From IMG/VR virus record IMGVR_UViG_2756170199_000003, positions 32,001 to 96,000 of that record: 64,000 nt of DNA, one strand, 5' to 3'. Shown here in pieces: positions 19,253 to 30,700 of this stretch. Made by a program: the position numbers and the translations under genes. The DNA is from a virus. Lineage: Duplodnaviria > Caudoviricetes. The notes below the pieces were generated by a model. That model was not told the origin of the DNA. It was given only the letters and a program-made list of their open reading frames with translations, and searched no databases. Each line of letters starts with the position of its first letter. Positions within the stretch are counted from its first letter, which is position 1.

Positions 19253-22200
19253 TTACGCCATCTTGACCATCGAGACCGGGGGCGTGGGCATCGTGCGCGC
19301 CGCGCCGCGCGCAAATGACTGGGCCGTCCCGGTGCTGCGGGGAGCGGTGCCGGCGCCCTGAGCTGTCGACGCGGTTGAGGTCTGGGTTACGGCCTGCTGT
19401 ACCAGGGCGTACAGGGCCTTCATGACATCGAGCGTTTGCTCGTGGACCTTGAGCGAAGCCTCCAGCGTCTGCCCAACGCCGCCGAGCGCGTCCATATGCT
19501 CGTCGTGCCGGGCCTGCTGGACCGCCATGATGGACTTCGATCCCTGGTCGATCGGCTGGACCGATTGCGGCCCGAATCCAAACGATGCGAACGGCGATGT
19601 GCCAGCGGCAGGCAACGGCTGCAGTTGGGGCAGTTTTCCGGCGAGGCTTCCCACGACATTGCCTGCTGCGCGTTCGAGTCCGGCTGCCGGGCCTGTCGTC
19701 GCCAGCCCTGTTTTCATCAGCGTGGCATCAACCAGCGCCGTCGCTGCGCCCGTTGCAGGCGGACGTTGCCCAACCGGTACCGGCGCGCCTGACGAAGCCG
19801 CCGGAGGCGGTGTTGCCGGCGCCGCTGGCGATCCTGCCGCGGATCTGGTGGTGGGGGCAGCGACGGGCGTGGCCGCCGCACCCGCCGGCATGGTCGCCCC
19901 TGCGCCCACCCCACTCGTGCCAGCCGTCGCCGGCGTGATGGCCGCCGCGGCTGTCGTGGCACCGGCTGCGCCCGCTGCACCACCGACTGGCTTTGCAGGC
20001 GCCGTCAGAGCCTGACCGTTAGTTGCACCGACGCCAGACGAGCCACCTGCCGGGGGCGCGCCCGGCGTCTTGCCAGCGTCAGCGCCCGTTTTGACCGGGG
20101 ACGACGCGACATCTGTCGCACCGCTCGTCACCCCCGTCTGTTTGAGTCCGAGCTGCACGCGGCGGCCAATCTCGGCATAGACCTGGGCGACCGTGCGATG
20201 CGAGCCGTCCTTGTTGAAGAAGATGGACCGGTTGGCCGCTGCGGGTCCTGGCATCAACGCGACGGCATCGGTCCCGGGATCGGCCTTGAGCAGTTGCCGC
20301 GCGCCCCCCGCACCGAGAAAGTGCGCAAGATAAACGTCGGTCGGCGTGAGATTCGACTTCACGCCCCTGAGCGCCGCCACGTTCTCCTTGATGAACTCAG
20401 CGCCCATCAGCGCGCTTGCGCGCGGATCGGTTTGCGGTGTATTGGGCGGGATGTCGTACTTCGGACCATACTTCCTCAGCATGGTCTGCCAGGTGCTGTT
20501 GATGAACTGGAAGAGGCCCGAGGCGCTGCTCGTGCCCGCCTTCGCAGCCGGGTTGAACGCCGATTCGATCGCCCCGATTGCGGCCAGCAGGATCGGATCG
20601 ACGCCCACCATCGACGCGGCCTTGCCGATCAGGTCCTTCACCGCGCTCCAGCCCTTGCCAATCGGCAGTGGCAACTGGCCGATCTTTCCGCCCAGCGCCT
20701 GAAGGCCTGTCCTGATCGCCCCACCTGCCGCGCCAGCGACGCCCGTGACGGCTTCCTTCACACCTGACACTGCCTTGCCAGTTGCGGTGACTACAGCGCC
20801 GCCTGCCTGCTTGGCAGCCTCCCAGGTCTGTTTTGCAGCGCTCTCAACGCCGGAGGCCACCTTGCCAGCGATGTCCTTCGCACCACCCCACATCCCCGCG
20901 ATCAGGCTTCCCGCCGTTCCCATTCCCGCTTCGACCTTGTCGGTGAGCAGGTCCGTCCAGCCCTTGCCCTGATCTTTCGCCGGCGTAGATGCGGTCCCCG
21001 ATGCCGCGCCCTGTGCCTTCTTCGCATCTTCAGACTTGCCTTTCGCGATTGCAGCGGCCGCCACCACACCGGCCTTCTTCAGCCCCGCTTTCGCACCGGC
21101 GGTGGTATCCCCCGGCATCCTGTCGATTTCCGCCTGCGCGGCGGCGACATACGTGCTCACCTCCTTCGGACCGGCATCGAGTGTGAGACTGCGATGCAGT
21201 GTCAGTATCGAGCCATGGAACGGCGAACGCATTTCGCTGTACGGACCATTGGGCCACGAAACAGCCTTCAGGAACTGTTGCCGGTCGTCCTTCTTCGTGA
21301 GCTTGTCGTCGACCTCGGCCAGCTCGAGATTTCTGCCCATCGATTTGAGGGCCGTCAGGTGCGTACAGAACACCGGTTTGAAGCGTCGCAGATACCAGGT
21401 CGCGAAATTAACGACCTCGCCGCGGTTTGCCGGATCAATATCGAAGGGGGCCACCACCTCGCGGAAATTGATCGACTTGCCGCTCACGTCGGCCTGAAGC
21501 CCTCCCTTTCCAGGGCGGTACCAGACGCCTTTCATGAGCGTCGCCTCGAGCGTGAGCACTGCCTTCACGCTGTCGTGATCGTCCGGCAGGAAACCATACT
21601 GCGCGATGCGCAGGCGCGTGAGTGGACCCGGCTTTTTCTCCAGCAGCCTTTTGATGCCGCGATACGCGAGATACCCCGCACCCGCAAGCGCCGCCGCGCC
21701 GAGCACCACCGGCAGCGACAGGAAACCGCCGACGGCTGCCAGCCCGCCGCCGATCAGCTCGCCCGCAGCTGCCACTCCGGTGGCAAGTCCCCCGGCAACA
21801 CCTCCAGCAATGCCTGCGAGGGAGCCACCAAGCGCGCCCGCGCCGGCGGTCCCGGCAGCGAGTGCTTCAGCACCCGTTGCGCCAGCGGCAAGGGCTTCTG
21901 CGCCCCCCGCCGCACTGGCAACGCCCGCTGTACCTTCGGTCAGTGCCGCGCGACCAAGCAGCCGGCCAACACCCCTGCCCAGCAGTTTCTTCCCGCCGCC
22001 AGCGAGCGCTTTCACGCCGCGACCGGCCCACTTCGCGCCACGCAGCAGCTTGCCGCCACCCCAACGACCAAGCTTGCGTTCGATCCAGTCTTCAGCGGCC
22101 GTTTTCAGGCCACCGCCCGTTTCCCCGTCGCCGTCGCCGTCGTCTCCGCCCTCCTTGCCTTTACCCTTGCCCAGCCTCCTGAGCTTGCCGAGCAGCCCGC

Positions 22201-25200
22201 TCAAACCCGCAAGAATCCCGCGGGTCGGTGTGCCCTCCCTGTCCGCATCAACCGCCTTTTCTTTTTCGGCGAGTCCTTTCCTGCGTTCAAGGTCTTCCCA
22301 TGAATTCCGGATAACGCCGGTACCCTCCTCATCGCCAACGACCCGCTTCTTCGGCTTGCGCAGACGCTCGAGCAGGATGTCGCGGATTTCAGTCAGGCGC
22401 TCCGTGATGGTCTTCGAGCCAGCGAACATGATGCCGTCCGGCCCCAGCCACTTGTTGAACCATTCGCCCAGACCCCGGAACGGCGAGAGCGCCAGATCCT
22501 TGAGCGCGCCCGCGCCCTTTCTCACCGCGCCGAGCAACCCCTTGACCGGTGCCATGACGAGCGAGGCGAGCTTCATGAGCGGCGTGCGGATGGGCCGGCC
22601 TTGCGCGTCAACAATGCCTTTGGCCAGGTCCTCCTTCCTGAGCACGACCTGAGGATTATTCCGGTCGCTATGGTCGACCACAGGACCATCGATCATGCCG
22701 GGACGCAGGATCACCCTGTCTTCGTGAAGCTGCGAACGATAGGCGCCTGCGCGCATCATGATCGCAAGCAGACGCGGTTCGCGCTCGCCCTTCACGTAGA
22801 TATCGACGGGCGCATCGAGCAGTTCCATGCCGCGGCGGGCGAGCATCACGCCGGTCTTCGCCGCTCTCATGGCGAGCGAGACAACATCGCTCCTCAGTGT
22901 CTCCGCGGCGCGCCCAAGGAATTTCGCGCCAGCACCCAGTGCCGAAATGAGCTTGCCCTTAGCCCGCCCTGCTTTCGAATACGCCCTTGCAATATCCAAC
23001 GCCCGCAGGACGACGTTGCCGTTGTCCGAGGCATCGATCACATCGCCCTTGATATCCTTGTACGAGCGGATGATGACGCCGGTCTCGCGGTCGCGGTAGT
23101 CGCCATTACGCATCTTGCGCGCGAACAGCACGGGCTCGATGGATTCCGGCAGATAGATGTCCCTGAACCCCTCAGCGTACGCCAGCCCCTTGCGGCCTTT
23201 CACGCCCGCCCAGCCCAGCATCTTCGTGCCGATCCCCGGCTCCTGCCACCATTTCCAGCCCGCCTGCGCCGCCTGCTTCGCTGCGCCCCAACCGGCGCGC
23301 GCACCGCTCTTTGTCGCCTCGACGCCCGCGCTGGCGATGTCCCGCACGGTCCAGTCGGTAAAACGTTTGGGCCGGCGCCCACGCCCCATGCGCTCGCGCA
23401 ACCGTGCGAGCCGTTCTGCTGCACCGCCGGCTGCTCGTCCAGCGGCACGCCCCGCAGCGCGGCCGGCACCCGCAATTCCCTCACCCAAACCTTCGAAATC
23501 CGGCATCGCTGGAACAACGAGAAGCCCTTCCTCGATCTGCTTCTGGATCGCGAGCAGCGTTTCATGGATCTTCGCGGCGAGAGGTTTGCTGCTGTGATCC
23601 CGGATTGCGTCAATCACAGGCCCAAACGCATGGTCGGCCGGCGTGAAGCGATGTCCGAACGAAGTATCCGTGTGCGCTCGCAGCGGCCTGCCCCACTTCT
23701 GCTGGAGGAAAAGATCGACGTCGGCCGCAGCGGTGCCGTGTCGTTCGACCACGCCAGGCATGTCGCTGCGTTCACCTGGCACTGCCTGGTTTTCATCGTA
23801 GGTCACCGGTTGCCGGATTCCCGCCACACCCGCATCGGGTGCACCGGGCGGCACCACGCGATGCGCACCGCCCGTGAAGGGATGACGCCTGCGCCGCGGC
23901 TTCACGGATGACTTTGCGCGACGCGGTGCGCGCATGAACATCTGGATGGGTCGGGGCGTGCGCCGACGTGCCGCCATGATTCCGGCACCGCCCACCGGTC
24001 CCGTCGGCCGAAGACCACCTGCCGCATGCCCGCCCTCCGGCGTATAGTCTTCCGAGAGGTAGTAATCGATCAGGCGGTTCTGGTCGATGTAGCCGTTTTT
24101 GACGATCCCCGCTTCTTCGGCAAACTCGAGCATGCCGGCATTGATCAGTGACTGGACCATCTCGCGTGGATCGGCAATGCCACCGCCCAGACCTGCAAAG
24201 CGGGCATGAAACTCCTTCTGCCGCTCCTCCCGATCCTGTGCCCCGTAGTTCTGGAAGAGCTGCGCGAAGGTTCCCGCATGCTTCGATTCCTCGCCCGCAT
24301 AGCTCCACAGGTCACTGTAGCGTTTGAGTGACCCGGTACGGTTCGCGAAGTTGTCGCGCACAAGACGGCGGATCAACATCTGCCGCTGCTCCGCGGTGAG
24401 CTTCACGCCACCCGTTTTCTCGAGATCATCGATGAGCGAGCCTGCGTGCTCCTGGACGTACTCACGGTCACGCGGCTTCACGATCGATTCGAATGAACGC
24501 CTGAAGGTCTGCGAGCGTTCACGGAAGCGGTTGCCGGTCCAGTCGAACGACGTGAGCTCGACCTTCGTGTCGCCCGTGCGCAGGATCTGCAGCTCGCGAT
24601 AGATGCGCGCGAGAAAGCCCGGGATGATTTCGGTGATCGACTTCCGGACGAGATGCGTGAAAGGCGCGGGCTCCTGCAGGTTACGCAGGTTGTCGACCTG
24701 CACGCCCGTCTGCACGGCTCCCGCACGGATGATCTGGTTCTTGAGCCACTGCACCGCCGAGCCGACCACCGGTGTATCGTCGAGTCGATCCGAATACGCG
24801 AATTCCGTCAGGTGCTGGGGCACGCTCTGCGCCAGATGGCCCGCCGTATGACCGTGGCGCTCGAGGAAATTGCCAGCGCGCGTGCCCTTGAGCGAGCGGC
24901 CGATACGTGAGCCGAGCATCGAAGCGAGGCCGTGTGACGCCAGACCGCCGGCCATGTCGCCAGCCATCTCCGCACCGGAGGGCCCCATGCCTTCCATTCC
25001 CGACATGTTTGCGCCCATGTCGGCCATGCCAAGACCCATCTGTGCGCTGCCCACGAGATTGCGCAGCGACGAGGTGAGCGACGATTTGATCTGGCCGGTG
25101 AGTGAGCGCAGGAAGTTGCTGCGCTGGCCGAGAAACCAGCTGCCCGCGTTGCCCATGAAGCGGTTTCTGAGCAGCGTCGGCCAGTCCTCGCGCATTTTGA

Positions 25201-25999
25201 CTTTCAGCAGATCGGGTAGCGCCGTGTTCTTCTGGATGTTCTCCAGCAGCTCGCGCGTGGCCACACCCTGCTTCTTCTGCTCCATGAGTGCATCCATCGC
25301 CACGAAATAGTGGCGCATCTGCACTTCGAGGGATTTACGCTGGTAGTTGACTGTGACGCGATCCTGATAATCAGCCAGCCGCTGCAGCGACAGGCGGATC
25401 GAATTCAGTGCGCCAAGCTGGCTGTTCGTGCGATCGGTGTCGATCTGCCGGTGAATATCGGCTTGGGCCTTGTCTTCCGCACGCTGCTGCGCCTGCGTCT
25501 GGGCCTGGTAGCTGAAGATGTCGCCAAGCGTTGCCTGCAGACTGGCGTGACGGGCCGCCTCAGCAGAAAGGCCCGTGGTGCCCGTGTCGGCTGATTCTGC
25601 CCATGCCTTGAGACGATCCTGCACGCTCTTCGGCAGGAACTTGCCACCGGCAGGCAGCAGCTTGCCCACCGTCCGCTTCAGATCGTTCTGCAGCGGTTTG
25701 ATTTCGCGTACCGAAGCATTGTATAGATCCCGGATCGATGAGGTCGCTTCGTCAGCGCGATCCAGCGCATGGCCATAGCCGCTGGGCAACGCCTGGCGCA
25801 ATGTCCGGTTGATAAACGACTTGCTGCGCACGCCCTGCCAGACACCCTGCGCACCGCCCTTGATGAACTCCTTCGCGTGCTTCGTGACCGGCTTGCGGTC
25901 ATCCTTTTTTGCCTTCTCGCCAAAACCGAATTCGGGAATATCCAGATCTGCGTCGAAGCCGAAATCGTCATCGGCTTTGAATGACTTTTTCCTGAACAT
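19253..25999 (-). CDS. Giant tail-associated protein with lytic transglycosylase domain (phiKZ gp181-like)
   Basis: 2248 aa; SLT motifs AIESAFNPAAKAGTSSASGLFQFINSTW and YLAHFLGAGGA; KSITEIIPGFLARI; head-to-head with the vRNAP beta' gene. Confidence 0.85.
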   Translation of the reverse strand: MFRKKSFKADDDFGFDADLDIPEFGFGEKAKKDDRKPVTKHAKEFIKGGAQGVWQGVRSKSFINRTLRQALPSGYGHALDRADEATSSIRDLYNASVREIKPLQNDLKRTVGKLLPAGGKFLPKSVQDRLKAWAESADTGTTGLSAEAARHASLQATLGDIFSYQAQTQAQQRAEDKAQADIHRQIDTDRTNSQLGALNSIRLSLQRLADYQDRVTVNYQRKSLEVQMRHYFVAMDALMEQKKQGVATRELLENIQKNTALPDLLKVKMREDWPTLLRNRFMGNAGSWFLGQRSNFLRSLTGQIKSSLTSSLRNLVGSAQMGLGMADMGANMSGMEGMGPSGAEMAGDMAGGLASHGLASMLGSRIGRSLKGTRAGNFLERHGHTAGHLAQSVPQHLTEFAYSDRLDDTPVVGSAVQWLKNQIIRAGAVQTGVQVDNLRNLQEPAPFTHLVRKSITEIIPGFLARIYRELQILRTGDTKVELTSFDWTGNRFRERSQTFRRSFESIVKPRDREYVQEHAGSLIDDLEKTGGVKLTAEQRQMLIRRLVRDNFANRTGSLKRYSDLWSYAGEESKHAGTFAQLFQNYGAQDREERQKEFHARFAGLGGGIADPREMVQSLINAGMLEFAEEAGIVKNGYIDQNRLIDYYLSEDYTPEGGHAAGGLRPTGPVGGAGIMAARRRTPRPIQMFMRAPRRAKSSVKPRRRRHPFTGGAHRVVPPGAPDAGVAGIRQPVTYDENQAVPGERSDMPGVVERHGTAAADVDLFLQQKWGRPLRAHTDTSFGHRFTPADHAFGPVIDAIRDHSSKPLAAKIHETLLAIQKQIEEGLLVVPAMPDFEGLGEGIAGAGRAAGRAAGRAAGGAAERLARLRERMGRGRRPKRFTDWTVRDIASAGVEATKSGARAGWGAAKQAAQAGWKWWQEPGIGTKMLGWAGVKGRKGLAYAEGFRDIYLPESIEPVLFARKMRNGDYRDRETGVIIRSYKDIKGDVIDASDNGNVVLRALDIARAYSKAGRAKGKLISALGAGAKFLGRAAETLRSDVVSLAMRAAKTGVMLARRGMELLDAPVDIYVKGEREPRLLAIMMRAGAYRSQLHEDRVILRPGMIDGPVVDHSDRNNPQVVLRKEDLAKGIVDAQGRPIRTPLMKLASLVMAPVKGLLGAVRKGAGALKDLALSPFRGLGEWFNKWLGPDGIMFAGSKTITERLTEIRDILLERLRKPKKRVVGDEEGTGVIRNSWEDLERRKGLAEKEKAVDADREGTPTRGILAGLSGLLGKLRRLGKGKGKEGGDDGDGDGETGGGLKTAAEDWIERKLGRWGGGKLLRGAKWAGRGVKALAGGGKKLLGRGVGRLLGRAALTEGTAGVASAAGGAEALAAGATGAEALAAGTAGAGALGGSLAGIAGGVAGGLATGVAAAGELIGGGLAAVGGFLSLPVVLGAAALAGAGYLAYRGIKRLLEKKPGPLTRLRIAQYGFLPDDHDSVKAVLTLEATLMKGVWYRPGKGGLQADVSGKSINFREVVAPFDIDPANRGEVVNFATWYLRRFKPVFCTHLTALKSMGRNLELAEVDDKLTKKDDRQQFLKAVSWPNGPYSEMRSPFHGSILTLHRSLTLDAGPKEVSTYVAAAQAEIDRMPGDTTAGAKAGLKKAGVVAAAAIAKGKSEDAKKAQGAASGTASTPAKDQGKGWTDLLTDKVEAGMGTAGSLIAGMWGGAKDIAGKVASGVESAAKQTWEAAKQAGGAVVTATGKAVSGVKEAVTGVAGAAGGAIRTGLQALGGKIGQLPLPIGKGWSAVKDLIGKAASMVGVDPILLAAIGAIESAFNPAAKAGTSSASGLFQFINSTWQTMLRKYGPKYDIPPNTPQTDPRASALMGAEFIKENVAALRGVKSNLTPTDVYLAHFLGAGGARQLLKADPGTDAVALMPGPAAANRSIFFNKDGSHRTVAQVYAEIGRRVQLGLKQTGVTSGATDVASSPVKTGADAGKTPGAPPAGGSSGVGATNGQALTAPAKPVGGAAGAAGATTAAAAITPATAGTSGVGAGATMPAGAAATPVAAPTTRSAAGSPAAPATPPPAASSGAPVPVGQRPPATGAATALVDATLMKTGLATTGPAAGLERAAGNVVGSLAGKLPQLQPLPAAGTSPFASFGFGPQSVQPIDQGSKSIMAVQQARHDEHMDALGGVGQTLEASLKVHEQTLDVMKALYALVQQAVTQTSTASTAQGAGTAPRSTGTAQSFARGAARTMPTPPVSMVKMA

Positions 26000-26045
26000 G
26001 ATCGTTCCACGTTAAATCAGAACTGAGCCGTAACCCTCGGCTCCT

Positions 26046-26055
26046 CATAGTTTTT
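26046..26055 (-). promoter_or_regulatory. Candidate late promoter AAAAACTATG
   Basis: TATG core about 47 nt upstream of the gp181-like start. Confidence 0.45.
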
Positions 26056-26081
26056 CCCGGCTTCTCCGGCCTTCACGGAGG

Positions 26082-27716
26082 ATGTCAATGCCCGAGCGCC
26101 TCGCCATTCCCTTCAACATCCGGCTGCTCAACCTGACCCCGGCGCGGCTGCAGAACATCCGCCCCGTCACTTCACTCGAGTTCTTCGACGGCAACAGCCA
26201 GAACTTCCATCCGGAAGGGCTTTTCTCGACGCTGATCTTTGGCAAGGTTGGCGACGACAAACGCTCGCTGCGCTTTTCGTATATCGATATCCGGGTGCCG
26301 GTCTTTCACCCGGTCGTCTACCGCGCACTCACGAGCCTCAAGCAGCTCTACCGCGACATCATCTCGGGCGTCCAGTACGCACTCTGGAATGAGCAGACGA
26401 AGGAGTTCGAGCGCAGCGATGCGCTCAACGGCCAGACAGGTTTCCAGTTCTTTGTATCGCACTGGACGCAGATCGACTTCGGTGAAACAAAAAGCGACGA
26501 GCGCCAGGCCAAGGTCCAGATGATCAGGAAGTACCAGGACGTGGCGCTGACCTCGAAAATCGTTGTCATGCCAGCCGGCATGCGAGATCTCGAATTCACC
26601 GATGACGGCCGCATTCGCGAGGATGAGATCAACACACTGTACCGCTCGATCATCGCGCGTTCGAACAGCGTCAACGAGGTGACGGCCAGGCGCAATCCCG
26701 AGCTCATCAACACCGTGCGCTACAGCCTGCAGGGTGCGTTCAACCAGCTCTACGAGCTGATCGAGAGCATGGTCGAAGGCAAGCACAAGCTGCTGCTCGG
26801 CAAGTGGGCGAGCCGCCGCGTCTTTGACGGTACGCGCAATGTCGTCAGTGCCATGGACGCCTCACATGACTGGCTCGGCGCGCCCGGCACCACTGGCCTG
26901 AACGATCACGTTGCAGGCCTCTATCAGGTGCTCAAGGCCGCGCGTCCGCTTGCGGTCTATCACATCCGCACCGGGTTTCTCCCGTCGGTGTTTCCGGGCC
27001 CGAACGTGCCCGCGCGCCTGGTCGATAAGAAGACACTCGAAACTGAGCCCGTGCAGCTCAAGCCCGAGTACTACGATCGCTGGGCCACCATCGAAGGTGT
27101 CGAGAAACTGCTCACGCTGTTTGGCGAGGAAAGCCTGCGCCATCGCGTGATCGAGATCGATGGCCGCTATCTGGGTCTCATTTACAAAGGACCCGACATG
27201 ACCTTCCGGCTCATGAACAGTATTGACGAGCTGCCCGGCGGTCTTGATCACCAGTATGTCTTTCCGCTCACATTCTGCGAACTGCTCTACTGCTCGACCT
27301 ACCGACACATGGACAAGGTGGCCGCATTCGTCACGCGCTATCCGATCACGGGACTCGGCTCGACCGTGCCGGGCAAGATCCACATGCGCACCACCATCCG
27401 CAACGAAGTGCGGCGTGAACTCGGAGCCGACTGGACGCCCCTCGGTGACGACTACGTCGCTTATGAGTTTCCCATCCGTGACGGCGAATTCATCAACAGC
27501 ATCGTGGTGGCACCAGCACTGCTAAGTGGACTCACGATGGATTTCGACGGCGACACCGCTTCGCTCAATCTCGCCTACACGGACGATTCCATTGCAGAAG
27601 TCGACGCATTCCTCAGGACCCGCAAGGCCTATATCGGACCGGACGGCAAACCCCTGAAGAGTTGTGCGGTCTCCACCGTCAATCTCGTCCTGCACAACAT
27701 GACGGGCACGGTGTGA
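26082..27716 (+). CDS. Virion RNA polymerase beta' subunit with catalytic motif (phiKZ gp180-like)
   Basis: FHPEGLFSTLIFGKVG, VMPAGMRD, GTRNV, TRYPITG and GLTMDFDGD (Mg-binding DxDGD). Confidence 0.9.
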   Translation: MSMPERLAIPFNIRLLNLTPARLQNIRPVTSLEFFDGNSQNFHPEGLFSTLIFGKVGDDKRSLRFSYIDIRVPVFHPVVYRALTSLKQLYRDIISGVQYALWNEQTKEFERSDALNGQTGFQFFVSHWTQIDFGETKSDERQAKVQMIRKYQDVALTSKIVVMPAGMRDLEFTDDGRIREDEINTLYRSIIARSNSVNEVTARRNPELINTVRYSLQGAFNQLYELIESMVEGKHKLLLGKWASRRVFDGTRNVVSAMDASHDWLGAPGTTGLNDHVAGLYQVLKAARPLAVYHIRTGFLPSVFPGPNVPARLVDKKTLETEPVQLKPEYYDRWATIEGVEKLLTLFGEESLRHRVIEIDGRYLGLIYKGPDMTFRLMNSIDELPGGLDHQYVFPLTFCELLYCSTYRHMDKVAAFVTRYPITGLGSTVPGKIHMRTTIRNEVRRELGADWTPLGDDYVAYEFPIRDGEFINSIVVAPALLSGLTMDFDGDTASLNLAYTDDSIAEVDAFLRTRKAYIGPDGKPLKSCAVSTVNLVLHNMTGTV

Positions 27717-27797
27717 CCAGAACGGTGATCAATCCGGTGATCGATGCGCTCATCACCGGGCCGCCCCATCCGGCTCATTCCCTGCACGGAGCACGCA

Positions 27798-30700
27798 ATG
27801 TCCGTCCTGTTCGAGACGTGGTACCGGCAGTTCGGCGTACGCCGCAGCAACCAGCTGGTCCAGCCGCCGTTGCCGGGCATGGACCGGCTCATTCTTCCGC
27901 GCCGCAGCCTCTTTCATTTTCCCGGCAACGGCCCGCTCGATGACGGCCCGGGCGCCACCCAGCTGGAATTTCGCGGCATCACCCGGCCCATCCTCGTACA
28001 TCACGTCATCAAACAGTCGGTGAACCTGGGCAATCCCCGCCCGCTGCCAACACCGGTCACCACGCTCGCCTCGCACTTTTTCCAGAAAAAGCGTCGCTAC
28101 AAAAAGCTCGTCAACTTTGCAACGGCCACACGCGACGACAACACGCTGTGCGTCTTCAACTATGCGTTCCTGTGGCGCACGTACCGGTATCCGCGTTCGA
28201 TCTACGCCGGCACGTACCAGTGGCACAACATCCACGAAACCATGTGGATGCAGGTCACCGAAGTCGCCAACCGCTCCAACCGCAACCAGTTCATCCCGGT
28301 CACGCTCCCCGCGATCCTGCCGTGCCTCACCGACCTGAAGCTCGGTGAGATGGGCCAGCTCAGCCATCAGCCCAGCCAGCGGCTGGTGAAGCGCTTTGCC
28401 TCCCATGAATCGCTCATGATCCTCGAGCTCTGGAAGTGGCTCGGAGAGAACCGCAGATCCTCGATGCTCTCGCACGTGCCAGAGGACAAGCTCGGCCGCG
28501 TGAACCTGATCCTTGAAGAAAGCGGCCGCTGGTTCGCGGTGAATCTCGGCACGCTCAACGGATGGCGGGTGGCCACAAAGGAAGAACAGGAAGCGAACCC
28601 GGACGCAAACCGGCATGGGTTCGAGCCCAACCGTCTGCAGCGGTATTTCCTGCGCATGCTCATGACACTCATGGAGGTGCGCACCGCAGCCGCGCCCGAG
28701 GTCAGTGCACAGAGTGGCGCTGGCGAAGAGCCATCTTCGGCAACACCTGACACACCGACAAACGTCATCGACGAGGTTCACGATGACGAACACGAGAATG
28801 AGGACGTCACCCGAACGGTTCAGCAACCTGCCCCTTCGCTGCCCCCCGGCCCGGTATTCCATGCCACCCATCCGGGACAGGATGAAGAGGATCTGGAAGA
28901 GGACGAACGCGAAGAGGATAACGAACGCGTTGCACGGGTCGCCTCGCGCATCGTTGCGGACCAGCAGGAACCCGACGAGCGCGGCGTGGATATTCACCCC
29001 GACACGGAACTCGAACGGCAGATCGAAGCGGACCTGCAGCAGCTCGAGCATATCGCCAGCCTGACGTTTGCGGAAGATGAGACAAATGGCAGGCAAGACG
29101 CCGAACCGGTCGAAGGCGCCACGCCAGCTGGTCAGACGCAGCCGGTGATACCTGTCACCGCCGCGGAGCCGGTATCACCGGAAACCGCCGTCATGAAGAT
29201 CGCCGACCGCCTGGCCGCCCAGGGAATGATGAGCGCCGGCGAGCACCGGCGCTATCAGGCGCTCTCACAAGCCTACAAAAAGATCGTCGCGCCGGATGGC
29301 CGGACCACGCTCGGCGCCTTCGTCCAGATTTCGCCTGACGACGTACAGATCGCGCAGTCGCCCGCGATCAACGACATCCCTACCGTGCTCGACAAGACGA
29401 TGCTCAAATCGTCGCTGCTTTCATTCGACCCGAAGTACATCCGCAATGTGATGCAGAAGGATGTCGCGGGCATGGTCCTGAACCTGCAGCAGGCGGGCCT
29501 GTGCGTGACGGGGTATGACGTCGAGGATGTCGACGACGTGATGGGTGCATACCGGATCCACACCGCCCGCGTGGTGCCGATCGAAGGCGCCGCCTCGACC
29601 CTTCGTTTCCGGCTGCCCGTCGTCAACGAGGATGGCACCTTCACGAGCAACGGCGTGAAGTACCGGATGCGCAAGCAGAAGGGTGACCTGCCCATCCGCA
29701 AGATCGCACCGGGGCGCGTGGCGCTCACGAGCTACTACGGCAAGGTGTTTGTCTCCCGTTCGACCAAACGGGTCAACGATTGCGGTACGTGGCTCACCAA
29801 TTCCATCATGGCTGCCGGACTCGATCCGCAGGCGGGGCTCGTCACGCAGATGCACACGGCGCCGGTGTTCGACAACCTCGTCGTCTGCCCTCGCCTCTAC
29901 AGCACGCTCGCCATGTCGTTCAGAAGCTTCCAGCTCGGCGGCTTCGAGTGGAACTTCGATCATTCGCGGCGCGAAGCACTCTATGGCGCCGATACACTCA
30001 CGCGCTACGAGCGCGATGGTGCCATCGTCTGCGGGCAATCACTCACCGACCCGAAAGCTCTGGCCGTCATGGACCGGCACGGCGGACTCTTTGAGATCCG
30101 CGACGGCAAGCCGGCCGCGCTTGCCGGCTTCGACGCGATGCTGCAGCTGGACGCCGCGAAGGCACCCGTTGATTTCGCCGAGGTGATGGTGCTCGGGCGC
30201 AGCATCCCGCTCGGTATCGTGCTCGGTTACGAGATGGGGCTCACGCGCCTCATGGAGCTGCTGCGGGTCGCGCCCAGGCGCGTTCCTGCCGGCCAGCGCG
30301 TGAACCTCCAGCCCGATGAATATTCGCTGGTGTTTGCCGATGAGACGCTTGCCTTTCCGAAGCCGAACGCCTTCGCCTCGATGGTGCTCGCGGGCTTCAA
30401 TGAATACCACCGCAGCATCCGCACCTACAACGTCCACGAGTTCGACCGGCGCGGCGTCTATCTGAACGTGCTCGAAACGGGCGGCCAGTCGCAACGCTAT
30501 CTGCGCGAGATCGACCTGCAGTACCAGCTCTTCGTCGACCCGATCACGCGCGAGCTGCTCGTGGACATGAAGGAGCCGGTGGACTATCAGGGACTGCTGC
30601 TGCGCGCCTGCTCGATGCTCCTCGACGATCATCACCCGGACGAGCTCGATGCCAGCATGATGCGTATCAAGGGTTATGAACGCATGGCCGGCGCCGTCTA

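Noticed and set aside
16906-19314. Extended ORF-track starts (19314, 27744, 32291, 35079, 45122, 60651, 62010)
   Set aside because: They overlap neighbouring genes or promoter motifs; downstream ATGs with an RBS or a family-like N-terminus fit better.
26082-27797. Intron, intein or homing endonuclease in the vRNAP genes
   Set aside because: The ORFs are continuous, the intergenic gap is only about 80 nt, and no intein or HNH/LAGLIDADG motifs were seen.
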